From Camelus ferus (Eukaryota): a stretch of 64,000 bases of DNA. Made by a program: the position numbers and the translations under genes. The stretch lies in assembly GCF_009834535.1 (NCBI RefSeq), contig NC_045697.1, positions 52,702,001 through 52,766,000 of the forward strand, written 5' to 3'. This document shows positions 26,687 through 40,270 of the stretch, one piece after another. The notes under the pieces were generated by a model that had not been told where the DNA came from, made no database searches, and saw only the letters and a list, made by a program, of their open reading frames with translations. How positions within the stretch are numbered: the stretch's first letter is position 1; each line of letters begins with the position of its first letter.

Positions 26687-27366
26687 TTAATCACATAAAC
26701 AATGGCCACACATCTCCTTTTATTTGGATTTCCTAATAAATGTAATCTCTCTTGCCCAAAGCAATCCCAAAGTCTGCTATATGAAGATAATTTAGAGGAC
26801 CAATCCTGATTCACCACCTAATTATAAAAATAATAATCAGCTAGTTGTTCTAAAAATACAAATGCTTAAAACTAAATCAAAAGTCTGTAATAAAATTTGA
26901 TAGCCTTGAAGACATTAGTTTTGGCTCTTAGTTTAACATTGTACCAAATAAGAAAATTAACTATTAGCCAGGATATCATTTTCTAGTTCTTCAGGATAAC
27001 CTAAGAGCCCATGCAAAATTTTTTCTTCTAATCCTATGAATGATATTTTTGAGACTACAAACTGCTGGGGTTTTCGTATGCAATTACAAATGTTAAAAAT
27101 AAAATACTTATTAGAAATTTACCCAAAAAATACTGTGTATCATCTTCAGCAAATTATGTATAATTTTATTAGTTTTTCCCCTCTAAAAAGTACCTAGATA
27201 AAAAATGTGAATGCCTCAGGGTCAAATTACATTAAGTAAAAATTAATAGAACATCTTTGGAAAGCAGTTTGGGTATATTTACTTTAAAAAAATCTGTATC
27301 CCTAGGCCCACTTAATTTCACTTTTGAAAAATTTATCTTAAAGAAATAATCCAAAATACAGATTGT

Positions 27367-27504
27367 GGGGGTGGGGAGCATATAGCTCAACTGGTAGAGC
27401 ACATGCATAGCATTCATGAGGTCCTCAGTTCAATCCCCAAGGACCTCCTCTAAAAATAAACAAGTAAACCTAATTATCTACCCCCACCAAAAAACAAAAC
27501 AAAA
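27367..27504 (+). mobile_element. tRNA-derived SINE, DCK intron 2
   Basis: More diverged copy; TSD CAAAATACAGATT / CAAAACACAGATT. Confidence 0.85.
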
Positions 27505-28649
27505 CAAAACACAGATTTAACCACAAAGACAATTATTACAGTGCTAAGCAAATAGGCTATCATTCCTCTATTAGGCATTTATATTAAATAAATAATGGTA
27601 AATACTGCCTTTAGAAATCATTTATAGTAAACTTTTAATGACATTTTAGATTTCCTTTGACATAAACACTGTGAGGGAAAAAAGCAAGGTATAAAACTGT
27701 ATATTGCTGGGCCAAGTAAGACCTGTAGTTAGTTTTCTCTGGGTGACAAGATATAGTTAAGTTTTACTTCCCTCCTTTGGTAGTGATATTTTCTTAACTT
27801 TGAATAGTGAGTACTTACTACTTTTTATTTTTTTAATTATGTATCCCCACCCACCTGCCAAAGTTGGATAAAATAAATTATCACCTAAAGTAGGTAAAAG
27901 ATACATATAGAGTGGTGGGATTATGAATAATTTTTATTCTGTTTCTCTAATTCATATCTGCAACTCTGTAATTCACTCCATGATAGAAAACTTCATGATT
28001 TTACAGAAAGTGCAGATTATTGCCAACATAAGGAAAAATGAGAATTATCAAGCAAAGATACAAAATCATTTATCTTTTAATTCTAATCTAACCTTTGAAA
28101 CACTACAAAAGAGTTAAGTTCAATCAAAAGAATCAGTATACCAAACATGATAATCATACAATAGTCAACAAAAATTAGGTGATTTCAGAGGGTATGAGGG
28201 AAAGTACTTTATCAAGCATTCCTAATTAATTTTCAAAAATGATTTACCAATAAATATGCTGTTGTTTCACAGATAAGTACACTTTATTCTTTCTTTCTCA
28301 GATTTACTAATTTTTCAGTGGCTTCTTAGTGGTAAGAAGGTTAGATAAAAGTAAAATAGCACCTCACAATGAATAACAAAGGAACAGAGTAAAGATATCT
28401 CCCTGTCTGTATATCTCAAAAATAAGCTAAAAGGAAGCAATCAAATCAAAGCTTTGCACCTAAATAATAACAAATCATCAAATAAAGCACACTGCTATTT
28501 GAAATAAACATTTAATTCAAAGACTGATAATCATCTGGGTGATTTAAAGATGATCTTATCATGGGAGGGGAGATAACAATCTTTTTAGGCACTTTGCCTC
28601 CTTACTTTTCTGAAATTGGTGGCAGCTCATCAATAGTATAGCAACATTT

Positions 28650-28668
28650 CAGCCACTAGGTGGCAGGT
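28650..28668 (+). promoter_or_regulatory. Candidate CTCF site in DCK intron 2
   Basis: CAGCCACTAGGTGGCAGGT fully matches the CCASYAGRKGGCRS core. Confidence 0.6.
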
Positions 28669-30214
28669 AAAAAAACAAAACAAGCTAAGTATGCAGGTGC
28701 AAATTAAGTTACTGACTAGGGGAAGAGATCAAAGGTACCAAGAGCCCAACTCGTCCAATTCTACAGCTACTGCCTAGGAGTGTGAGTAAATGGAGAACAT
28801 CCAAAGGACCGGCCTTACCAGGGCTCGGTCTGAAGACGATCTACTTCTCACTACTGACAGCATGCTAAGAAAGCGGAGATTTGGTATGTGATTCACACGA
28901 TAATCACAAGGGATAGATCGGGGATGGGTCTGGGAAAGAAGGACTACTCCAGGATGAAAGAAGAAAATCTCATTTTTTGAGGTCCAAGAAAAAAGAAGAA
29001 AATATCCAAAGATCCTGGAAACCCATTCACCCATTACTACCCTCACATTCTACTACCTTATCCCCAAAATACTATTCCCATAGTCTGAAACTCCACCTAG
29101 AAGTACAGGGGATTAACAACATGGTAGCTTTGAATACACAGACAAAAATAAAACTATCTTTTAAGAACGTACCCTAAAATCCAATGACGGTAACTGAACT
29201 GTAACATCATGGAGACATGACAGATGTACACTAAATTGAGGCAAGTACGTGTTAATAAAAGTATATCTTAACGATAATAATAGGATTCTCTGCATGGTAG
29301 CTATAAAGAAAGTTTGGAATTTTGACTCTAGTACACAGGAAGAAAATTCCCCAGCCCACAAACATATCAGATCCATGAAGCCAACAGAGTCTAAAAATGG
29401 AGACAGATGTATCAATGCATCATAGTCTATGACATCAGTCATTAAGCTAATGTAACTAATTAACCTGGACTCTGACTCTACGCTTAACAAATTTCTGATA
29501 CATTGTCTTCCCGTGTATATTAATGCAATGTTTTCAACCTTTCCTCTCCAACATAACTAAAGGGCTCAACACTCCCCACACCAACAGTGATTCACTAGGG
29601 CATTTTTAACCAGGAAGCATCCCACATATTTAAATTCCCAAGGGATTGTTTGTTGTTTGAAAAAAACACCTCTATATCCTTGAGATTCTTATGAATTTCT
29701 TCCATTGGTTGGGAATTATGGGCCTACATAGAGAATGGATTGACCTAATTCAATGAATCTGATAATTATATTTCTCTCTGCAAATTAAAATTTTTGACAT
29801 TTTGGTTTTTATATGTTTCTGTGCATTTGGTTACTGTTATGGTATACTGAGAGATAGAGACGTTTAATGTGCCAACACACCAGTTATACATATTTAATAT
29901 GAGTTAGAAGCTATAATATCAAAACCAGAATGGACCTTAAATGAAGGTCACCTAATCCAATCTACTTGAACATTCCCCCAATGAAAGAATCCCTTCTCTA
30001 TTTCTGACATTGGTTTAATTTGACTACTTTCCACCTACCCCTGAGAAAAATTGCACTGATAGTTGACCCCAGAAATAAGAGGGAGAAAGCATTTTCAGAA
30101 CACAGGTCTCTCATTCCTAAAGGTAAGCAAACTTGAGTAGAGCACTTTAGTGAAACAGGCCACAAGACATACTTTAGGAGGTTAAAACGCAGGGTGAGGG
30201 AACAGAGGATCCAA

Positions 30215-31095
30215 AGGAAAATGGGTAAAAGGACCTGAAGAGGGGCTTCACAAAAGAAATCCAAATGGCTAATAAATTAGTTAATTAAAGGAGCATAATC
30301 TCATTAGCAATAAGGAAAATACAAATTAAAAACATAAAAGATATTAAACGTTCAAAGTAATGACAAAAATTAGGAAGCTGGACAATACTAAATAAGGCAA
30401 AGGGGTGGACTAACGACAGCCTGAGTAGACTACATCATGGGGAGTATAAGCTGGTAAAACTGCTTCGGAAAACAAGCTTCATACACATACCCCACCACCT
30501 AGCAATTCTACTTCTTATTCCAAGAGAAACCCTTGCATGTGTATACCAGGATTCATATTCATAACAGGGCTGTTTTTACAGCAACTAAACCAGGAACCAC
30601 TCAAAAACTGATCAAAGGTATAGAGAATGGACAAATAGGGATATGAACACAACTGAATACCATACGGCAATGAAAATGAGCACGCTATAGCTGCATGCAA
30701 CAATATAGATAAATTTCACAAACTTACTAAGCGAAAGAAGAGGAAAAGGAATGCCAACAGAAGATATTCATATAACATTAAAAAACAAGCAAAACTAAAT
30801 TACATTTCTTAGAGATATATTTATGTACATCAAATTCTTTTTAGAAAGTAGGAAAATTATTATCACAAAAATTACTCTGTGTGAGTAATTACCCCTAGCA
30901 GAGTTAACACCCTTGGGAAGGAGATATTGTGACTTTCCTGTGTCCTGTGAGACAAACAGGGACTTCTAGAATGAGAGTAATGTTTTACTTCTTGACCTAC
31001 ATGATGGTTATAAAGATGTCAGCCTTCAAATTGCTCTTCAAACTGTACATAGGTTTCATATACTTTCCTATAACTACATAATGTCAATAAAAAAT
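30215..31095 (+). mobile_element. Ancient L1 3' fragment (L1ME-like)
   Basis: Degenerate ORF2-end and 3' UTR motifs (ACCTAGCAATTCTACTTCT; GCAAAACTAAATTA). Confidence 0.6.
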
Positions 31096-32165
31096 GTTGA
31101 AAGAAGCAAATAAATCTATCCATTTAAAAACTCTGCTTAAGGCTAATCCTGCCTTTCCTCCAAGACCAGACTGAAATATCAATTTCTTAAGAAGATGGAG
31201 CCTATATGGAAAGGAAGTCCCTTCAGGATTTAGTCCTGGTTTATTCAAAGGATTGGGGTGTAGTGAGCTGGGTTCCAGACCTAAAGTTAACCATGCTTGG
31301 CAAACAGGTATGTGAGAAAATACTTTCAGTTATTCAAAGCCATATATCCTCAAAGTCTGTAGAGCATCTTGCTGGTGATTCCTCCTTGTGTGCATGATTT
31401 ACACTTTAAATATTCAATTATTATTCCCAGATTCCTCATACTAACAGCTAAACTTTTAAAAATATACTTTTTTCCCCAAAAAATCTCTGTCCTCCTCAGA
31501 CCTAACAAAGTTTCTAGCATGCATTTCCATTTTGAAGATTTCTATATTGCTTTCAATTTTAATTCTTCTTTCTCCAGAAATGAAAATCTTAGCAATCCAA
31601 TCTCTCTCCTTCATATACATACATTAAAAGTTTGCTGTAAAAAAATGGGATTTAACTATTATTCCCTCTTTCTCATTTGCAATGTAGGACAGAAATTGCT
31701 GGGAATTTGAAACTTGTGTCCAGGGTGAAAGTCTGACAAGAATCAAAGTACAAAGAAATGAGACATAAACAACTCTCTCTAAGACAAAAGGCTTGAAAAG
31801 TTAAACTAATCAAATTTAGCTATCAGCTGTTTTTGTTTTTCTCATTTATTTGTTTTCAAAATGTAAAAAGCCACTAAAGGAATTTAACTTACAATTTAGA
31901 TTTTCTGAAACTTGTTAATTAATTTTTTAAAACTTTAAAAATTCTACTTAGATGCAATGAAGTGCATGATCCTAAGTGCATAGCTCAATGAGTGTTTACA
32001 TATATACACTTTCACGTAACTACTGCCCAAAAGAAGATATAGACTTAAAGTTGTATTTGAAAGTTTTATTAGAAAAGGAAAAACAAACAAAAAACCCAAA
32101 AATACAACTGCTTGTCTAAATGAAAAGATTTTTTTTTTACTAAATAGTTAAATTTATTTTCATAC

Positions 32166-32281
32166 CTCAAATTCATCTTGAGTACTTTGAACATTGCACC
32201 ATCTGGCAACAGGTTCCGGAACCACTTCCCAATCCTCACAGACTTGTTTAAGGACGTTCACAAATGTTGACTTTCCAGCAG
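32166..32281 (-). CDS. DCK: Deoxycytidine kinase, exon 2 (116 nt)
   Basis: CAG acceptor, GTATG donor. Encodes [39 protein letters not shown] (P-loop end, catalytic E53). Confidence 0.98.
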
Positions 32282-34224
32282 CTGTTGTAAGAGGAAAAGT
32301 GAAACTGAGGAAGGAAACTTATTAGGAAAAAAAATGCCAAGATGGCCACCAGCTTTTACAAAATTTCTAATAGCAAACCATACAAAAAAGAAAAACACTC
32401 AATTTTCTAAACTTTCTCTTTTAGATTTTTTTAAAAAGAAAAGTAAAAGTGTCCCTATCAACTTGTATTAAGCACATTTTTTTTGTTAACTGTTTTTAGT
32501 GTACCAAAGCCATGGAACAGAAGAATTTAAAAATCCTAGTCCTAGACTTACTTTCCTTAAGAAAACAGTTGGAGATAACTTTGTAGGAAGTGGTTAAGGC
32601 TATGCTCCCACTTAATTAGGTTATGTAATTTTGGGCAAGTCACGGAACCTCCCTGAGCCTGTTTTCTCATAATACAATGGAGACTGTAATAATATCTTCC
32701 TCAAGGGAACTGTTGTGATAAACAAGTCAACAAGACCCTTGCATTTTCAAAATTTTCCTTTCTGCTAGCTCTATTTGTTCAGTTTACAAACAAGCTCAGG
32801 TCTTTCCTATCTAAAACCAATTTAGAAACAACTAAATTACAAAATTAATATAAAGACACATCCAATGCCTAGAGTTTTAGGATAGGAAATAATATGATTA
32901 TTATTATGACACTAATTATATGGCACAATGGCTAACAGAAATTATAAAAATATGTTTGTAAAGCAATTCCTACAAACAATAGCCATGTTTATTCTGCTTC
33001 ATTTTCATGGTTCCGTGCACTCTATCCGACTCCTTAAAGAAAAAAAAAAGTTGTATGTACTTTACTTCTCCCTGATCATTTACTAGTTTCTGAGCTATTT
33101 AGGAGGAAAAAAAAAAAAACAGCTCAGGTATAATCAAGACATTATATTCATTACTTTAAAATTACCTGATAATTCACTTAATTTAATAGTAGGAAAAGTC
33201 CTGACCTAGAATTTCACAGGGTGTAGCAATAGTCTTAATGACCACCACACCCCTCCACTGAAGTCACCAATGTGATTTAGTCATTGGTCGGTATGCTTTC
33301 TCTCTCTCTCCATATGTATAAACAAATGCACACACACATAAACATAAAAAAAAGAAAGGTGACACAGGGAAAAGACGACAGTTGAGAAGCAAAACAAAAA
33401 AGTCGTATCATCAATGGACAGGAGAAAAACTTTAAAGGATGAACTAGGTGACCATCAGGTTTAATCTTAAAAAAAAACCCCAAAAAACCCTGGTAACCAT
33501 GGATTTCACATGAAGAGGGTAAGCAAAGAAACTGCAAGGCGTTTAGAAGAAGGGTAAGGAAGCATAAGACGCTCACCAGACATTCACTGAGCTAGAAGGA
33601 GGAAGGAAAGAAAACCTGATGTTAAGAGCACCCAAGGAACACATTAAAACATCAGCCATGAGCCAGTCTGAAAGACCTTAAGGCCAGAGCATTCAGCTTT
33701 CTTCTGACACTGCTTACGAACAGAAGTTCATGTGGTCATACTCTGAAATTTAAAGATTAATAACAGTTACTCTCTAAAATTACTCTTTAGTTTAAGCAGT
33801 GTAAAAATCGTTACCTGCAGTTCCCAATCAGACTAATATCCAGTTCCTGAACCTTGGGGGAGGAAGAGGGGGGCTTGAAACAAGCTAATTAATTCATTAA
33901 TACTCTAAGAAGGCAAAGGAGAACAAGAACCAAGGACACTGATGTTGATGTTAATACTTTAAAAAGTCATGGGACCTAACAAAATTACTAATGCCAGGCA
34001 GGCGTTACGATGCCAATAATTATTCTATACAGACCATTAAGATGAGAAGTAGGTAAGGCCTCCAAAACTTAACATAAGGGAGTATTTTAGTAACAGAGAA
34101 CATGAGAAAACAAGTTACATGAGTATGAAATGAAAATAATCAGTTAAAGTTTACATTCTAGAAAACAGAGGAATCACAAATACCCTTCTACACCCAGATT
34201 AGCGATCTGTACATTTCAAGCTTA

Positions 34225-34545
34225 TTTGGGTCTGGCAAATAAGGCAGAGGGCACATGAACAATAGTACAAGAGCATTAATAAACAGCTACTGACAAAGCC
34301 TCAGTGCTGGGGAAAACAGTTAAATGGTAAGGAATATATTCCATCCAAACAGCAAACTGTTGTCTTACAAAAACGCAGGCGCAGTGTTGCCAGATCTTCA
34401 GATTTTCCAAAGGAAGCTAAGAACCTAGACATTTATGGGATATCTCAAAAATGTGAAATTCTACCAACGAATTAAAAAAATTTTTTTTCGAATTTGGACA
34501 GGCCAATATTGTGTAAATGCAGGCCATCAGTTTTGCAACTCCTTC
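34225..34545 (+). mobile_element. MER103-like DNA transposon relic
   Basis: CAGTGTTGCCAGATCTTCAGATTTTCCAAAGGAAGCTAAGAA core. Confidence 0.5.
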
Positions 34546-35359
34546 CAGTGTAGGCAATGGGGAGGTCAGAGAATTCTAAGCAGGGGATAATACAATCACA
34601 TTTGTATGAAGACTGCTCTGGAAGAATTGAGAGAAACTGGAGATGGGGTGACATATTAGGAAATAATTTCAGGTGCCAAGAAGATTAAAGATGCTTGGAA
34701 GGAAGTAAATTTCTTCTATGATATGTTGCTTAACTAGATTTAGGAAAGGGAAGGGATTAATTCATTGTGGTATGGATCTGAGAGGCTGTTCATTCAAATT
34801 TACTTTTGAAATGGCTTTGTTCAATTACTTTCTCTGTCTTTATATTTGGTCTTCCATATCCAATAAGTAGCTGTGAGGAGTCATACTAGTAAACATCCAC
34901 CTTCCAAGAATTTATCCAGATAAGAAGGTGAGAGTCTATTACATGAATCTTTCCCACTGGTGCCTTAATACTGGAGCAATGAAACAAGATGTCCTCTTTG
35001 AGGGTGTGTTCAGCTTTTTCTATTCCTTGGAATGCCACTAAAGTACCTGCTTGTCTTGCCTTTTAAAACAGGTATAAGTGCTTTGAATGTGGTAAGAATT
35101 AAAACACTTGCTGTATGCATGAATAGCCAATATCTAACTTGGAACTAAAAAAAAATCCTATCAAAACAGGAAGTATCAAGCATAGGTTTCCTGTGGTAGG
35201 AATAGAGAAGAACCAGAAGTTCACATATATCCTGTAAAATGACATCTGGGTTAAGAACAGAAATAGTAGTGGTCTTTGAATCATAACACAATGTTTACTT
35301 GGATGCTGGGTAGGGGAGTTCGGAACTCTATGCTGCTGAGATCATTAAAAAACTCTTTC

Positions 35360-35820
35360 CTTGTACTCGAATGTTTATAGCAGTTTTATTCATAATCTGA
35401 AAATAGGCAGCAATCCAAATGTCCACAACTGGGGAAGAGAGAAACTGTGGTATATCCACGCAATGGGCTATTACTTAGCAACAAAAAAGAGCAAACCACA
35501 GAGACAAGCAACACGAATAAATCTAAAAGCATTATGCTAAATCAGAGAAGCAAGACACAAAAGGCTACATAGTCTAATTCCATTTATATGACATTCTGGA
35601 AAAGGCAAAACTGACAGGCAATAGAAATCAGACACTGTTTGCCAGGGGACAGGAATGGAGAGGGGGGTTGACTACTAAGGAGTACGAGGGAACTTTCTGC
35701 AGTGATGGGAAGGTTCTGAATCTTGATTTTGGTGGTAATAAAACATTATGTTTGTCAAACCTCATGGAAGAGTACACCTAAAAAGGGACAATGAATCTAT
35801 GTAAATTGTACTTCAATAAC
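35360..35820 (+). mobile_element. Old L1 3' fragment next to the CpG island
   Basis: GAATGTTTATAGCAG...CCAAATGTCC...TTCCATTTATATGACATTCTGGAAAAGGCAAAACT...CTTCAATAA. Confidence 0.75.
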
Positions 35821-35859
35821 TGACACACAGACATTTCCCTTTTAAAAGCAAACCTTCAT

Positions 35860-36780
35860 TTGCGCGACCCCAACAAAGTGGATGAAAGGGCTCCCAAGCG
35901 CGCCTCACCAAGGCCCGCAGGCCAAGGCGCGCAGCTTCCCGCCCAGGAGCCGCCGCCACCCTCGGGGCACCGGAGGGAAGCTGGGGAGGGCAGAGGGATG
36001 TTTTCGGCGGAACGGGAATTTGAGTGCTTGCCCGCACCCCCAGGACCAGGATGGGAGGAAAGCCCTCACTGAGGAGCGGCAGAGATGCAGCGAAGGGGCG
36101 CTTCAGCCGCAGCCGCCGCCGTCCCTGCCTTGGGACCAACATTTCCCGAGGTGCCTTACCGATGTTTCCTTCGATGGAAATTTTCTTGACGCGGGTCCCC
36201 TCAGAGCTGGTTGCCGGAGACGGGCAGCTCCTCTTGGGTGGGGTGGCCATGCGTCGTCTGGTGGCGGCCCGAGCGCGTCGGGCAGCGAGCGCTGGGAGGT
36301 GTCCACAGGTGCACGAGCCGGGGCTCGCGGCGCCAAACGTGCCGGGACCTGCAGCCTGAACTTCCGACCGAAGCTCTCCGGCTGGCGGATCTACGAGTTT
36401 GATTTTGGCGCGCGGAGGCCGCTGCCGACGGGGGCGGGACTGGGAAGAGGCCGCCCGCCCAGCGGGAAGCCACGCCCCCGCCGTCTCCTAAACCTGCGAA
36501 CCCTCCGCGGCCCCCAGGCCTTCGCCCGCCTCGAGCGGGGCGCCTGCGTGCGCGTAAGCACGGCGGGTCACGGCGCAGCGGAGGGCGGGGCCGCGCGCGC
36601 GCCGAGAGGCGTTTCTTCCCGGTACACAGGGGCGTGGGCGTTCCCAGGATCGTCTGGGAACCGCGGGCGGGCGCCTCAGGTCCGAGGGCGTCCGCGGGCA
36701 GAGGGCGCTCCCTGACCTCTTCACCTAGAGTGGGCTGGGCTTTGGAGAATTCGCCTGTCCCGTGGGGCGTGTGGGTTCAG
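35860..36780. promoter_or_regulatory. DCK: CpG island / TATA-less DCK promoter and 5' UTR
   Basis: Sharp GC- and CpG-rich block around exon 1. GC boxes GGGGCGGGAC at 36431-36440 and GAGGGCGGGG at 36581-36590; CCACGCCCC box at ~36470; E2F-type TTTGGCGC at 36404-36411. Confidence 0.9.
36160..36250 (-). CDS. DCK: Deoxycytidine kinase, coding exon 1 (91 nt)
   Basis: Encodes MATPPKRSCPSPATSSEGTRVKKISIEGNI, the dCK N-terminus. Donor GTAAGG at 36159 (phase 1). Lies in a CpG island. Confidence 0.98.
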
Positions 36781-37183
36781 AGCGTCTGGACTGAACTGGT
36801 TGGACTTGAGACTTTGAACTCTCCAGGGGAGGGGCAGTGAGTAGCAGGAAAATCAAACAGGTATTAATTTCCCTGTGTGCTAAGCCTGGAGGACGATCAT
36901 CAGGCCAGGTGGCGCTGGGCAGCCCAGCTTTCACGGAATGTATGAAATGTATCAGACATTATTTCCAGCGTTATTCCTGGAGTAACTAGCAATCGAATGC
37001 CGGAGATCCTACCATTAGCCCTATTTATCCTCTTCCTGTGAGGAAACGGACACTGAGAGGTTACCTGTTGAAAGTCTCAAAGTCAGTGAGTGGAACCGGG
37101 ATGGGAATTTAGGTATTCAGATGCCACCCCACAGGAAGCCTTTCCTGATCTCTCATATCCTGATTTGGATGCCTTGTTTGTGC

Positions 37184-37631
37184 TGAAGGGGAGCAGAGTT
37201 GGCCGTTCCAAAATATGCCACTTAGGCATATTACTTTGAATAAGGACACCCTGACCCTCTTGTTCCTCCTGAAAGCAGCATATAAATCTCCCAAGTAAAA
37301 GGTACCCTGCCTGTATCAGGAAGGTAGAGGGCATCCTTATCACCGGATATTGGGAATTTAAGGCAGAGAAGGCTAGATGAATAAACCTTGTTACTACTTC
37401 ATCAGTTTACTACAGCAGGCCCAAACCCCTTCGCCTTGTCAATTCGTCACAAATTTATTGCCTCTTTTTCTAAAAGGTATAAAACCTTCCTGCTCTGGTC
37501 ATTTCATTGAGTCTCCTATTTTTATGGGGCTCCCACAGGTAATTGGTTTTTCTCCTGTTAATCTGTCTGAGGTCGATTTAATTATTAGACGAGTCAAAGA
37601 TCCTAAGAGGGAAAATTTCTCCACCCCTACC
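37184..37631 (+). mobile_element. ERV1 solo LTR (MER34/MER39-like)
   Basis: Starts TGAAGGGG...CCAAAATATGCCACTTAGGCATA and ends ...AAAATTTCTCCACCCCTAC. Near-duplicated 4-bp flanks GTGC/ATGC. Confidence 0.75.
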
Positions 37632-40059
37632 ATGCCGTGAAGAAGTTACCATACTGGGTAGGTTTCTGTTCAGCATGACTATAAGCTTAATTAGCTTTGC
37701 ATGACCTACACTTGGCACATAGTTAACTAATGTATGTTGAATTTTGAATGCCTACTTATGTGCCATATACTCTGCTAGATGACTGTTTTAGGTGCAGACA
37801 AATGCAGTGTAGAAACACCTAGAGGAATTCATTTTTAATCATAGTAAAGACTTAGTAAACAGACCACTCCCCAGTCTAGAAGTTCCCAAGTTCAAATTGT
37901 CTACAGAAACCAAAGGCCTGGTTCTTCTTTTCTCCCTTAACAACTATCATGAGACCTGAAATGCATCTAAAAGTGAGGTCAGAAAAGGAGGGTAAATGGT
38001 GAATCTGCTCTCAGAAATAAAGCGCAGAAGTCAAAATGTGATTCCATGGGGAACTCTAGAATGGAAACTGCAAATATCTTTTTTTTTTGTAACAGTTCTG
38101 TATTACCTTGTTACGCTGTTATTTTATGTGTATTACTTTTTGTTTATCCCTACAGTGATTAGTAGCAAATCCTTGAAATGAAAAGGGCCTGAATACTTGA
38201 CATCAGGATGGCGAGGAAGCTTGGGAAGCTATGAACCACGAAACAGTAAGGGTGTGGGCAGCTACTGAGAGAGGAATAAGGGAGAGTAAGTCTCTGAGAC
38301 CTTCAAACAGGAGGAAAGTGGAACTAAGTCCCATATGGATCCGATAAAGATGTTTGGGTTTAAGAAGTAGAAATCTCCAAGTGTGGTCTCCAGCCCCCCA
38401 AAACTAAACAAAAACCAAAACCAAAAAAAGTACTTGTATAGTGGAGTGAGTAAGAATTTAAGCACTAGAAACAAATTCCAGCTCTGCCAGTTTCTGGCTG
38501 TGAAAACTTGAGTTGTTCCAAATTTAAGAGTGTACATCAAAAATGCAAATGAAGTAAACAGGGAAACAGGGAACCTAACTCTGCTGACATCAAGTTCAGC
38601 ATAATTTCCCATTACCCTACATAACCTGTGGAGAACACCAGGAAGAGACAAGAGAAAAAGCACTTTCAAAAGCACCTCCCTGATTTTTGTCCACAATCTC
38701 TTATCTGAACCCTTGTAAGTCAATTGTTTCAGAATTCTTTAAACTTTGAAATTAGAAAAGAAAGTCATATGCTATATAAATATTATGTAGCCATTCCTCA
38801 CTCTTCTGCATAAGTGTTAAATACACTAACGTTCTGCAGTGAAAACATTTTTAAATTAAGTGGGATAAAGACTATTAATCTCAGATCAGGTTCAGTTTGC
38901 ACTGAATTCAAGAAAATACCGGTTTTCTGAACTTTTCAGATTCTGGAATTGCAGACAGAATACAGGGTATTGGAACACTCAACCAGGCTTGACCATTCTA
39001 CCATCGTAACTCTTCCTTGCCAGAAATTTTCCTACTCCTTCAGTTTGAGAATTCCTTTTCTCTTACGGAAATGCCGGTGTAACTTAAGAATGAAACAGGG
39101 TCTCCTGACTGATAACATACAGGTTTATTAAGAAGAAACCAACTGAGAAAACAAGAACAAAGGCAGAAAAAATAGGCTCTGAACATTGATAAGTGGTGGT
39201 CACACAGCCCGTGCCTTTGTGTACACGAACCCAACAACATCTGTAAAAGGATGTTTGTCAACTTAATCAGCTTGCTTAATAAATTTCTCCTTGCAACCTT
39301 TGTTACTGCCTAGAAAACAGAAGGATGCAGAAGCCATCATAAAAGCAAGAGTGGGAAGTCAGGGTGCTTTCAGCATAGGAAGAAGCCATCAGCCCTATAG
39401 AGCAAAGGAACTTATGTTTTGCTGCATGCTTGTAAAGGTGAACTTAAGTCATCAAAAAATATGACACTATAATAATTATGCTGTTTGTAACAGCAGAGTG
39501 CAAAATATCTATTAAGCATGGCTGTTCAAGTATTAAAGGAAAAATTATTTAGAACCTTTGTTACCAAAATGCATCATTATCATTCCAGACATTATATAAT
39601 AAAAGAATTAACTATTTTAATACATTAGAAGCAGATCAACCTAATTATCAGAATAGTTAATGTTTATATGAGTGTGTGTAGACTTCTTTACACAGTAGAT
39701 GCTTTGTACATACTATATGTGCAGAATAACAAGGTGTTTTTATTAAAGCATGCAGACACAGGTCCACATCAGCATGGACTCGCATTTTCTACTCCTAGTC
39801 TTTATCTCAAATACCAGTTAGTGACATTGGGCTACTTTGGCGACTACCATCAAAATATTTTCAACTTAATAGTCCAAACACAAATGCCTCTAACCATAAA
39901 TACCTCTAAATAATGATACTCTAAGAATACTCTAAAATACACATTTCCTTTTGATACTTAGGTATCAGGGTAAAATAAAGATTCTCCCATACTCTTTAAT
40001 GGTCTATAATGAAGACAAAATATTAAGTAAAATCTTAGCTTGACAGAAAGGTCAAGCTA

Positions 40060-40270
40060 GTAGAATAGATAAACAAGATTATACTATATAGCACAGGGAA
40101 ATATATACAAGATCTTATGGTAGCTCACAGAGAAAAAAATGTTGACAATGAATATATATGTTCATGTATAACTGAAAAATTGTGCTCTACACTGGAATTT
40201 GACACAACATTGTAAAATGATTATAAATCAATAAAAAATGTTTAAAACAGACTCTAATCAAACTAAAAAA
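40060..40270 (+). mobile_element. Young 5'-truncated L1 3' end
   Basis: Same family as the 56871 copy. AATAAA at 40230; TSD AAAGGTCAAGCTA at 40047-40059 and 40271-40283. Confidence 0.88.

Noticed and set aside
35813..36159. 145-aa ORF extending DCK exon 1
   Set aside because: Read-through of the canonical GTAAGG donor into intron 1; similarity to dCK stops at the splice site.
35882..36715. 277-aa plus-strand ORF antisense to DCK exon 1, and other overlapping ORFs in the island
   Set aside because: Arg/Gly/Pro/Ala-rich with no recognisable domain; long ORFs are expected in GC-rich DNA with few stop codons.
38262..38723. 153-aa minus-strand ORF between MOB1B and DCK
   Set aside because: Non-ATG start, no recognisable homology, composition typical of non-coding DNA.
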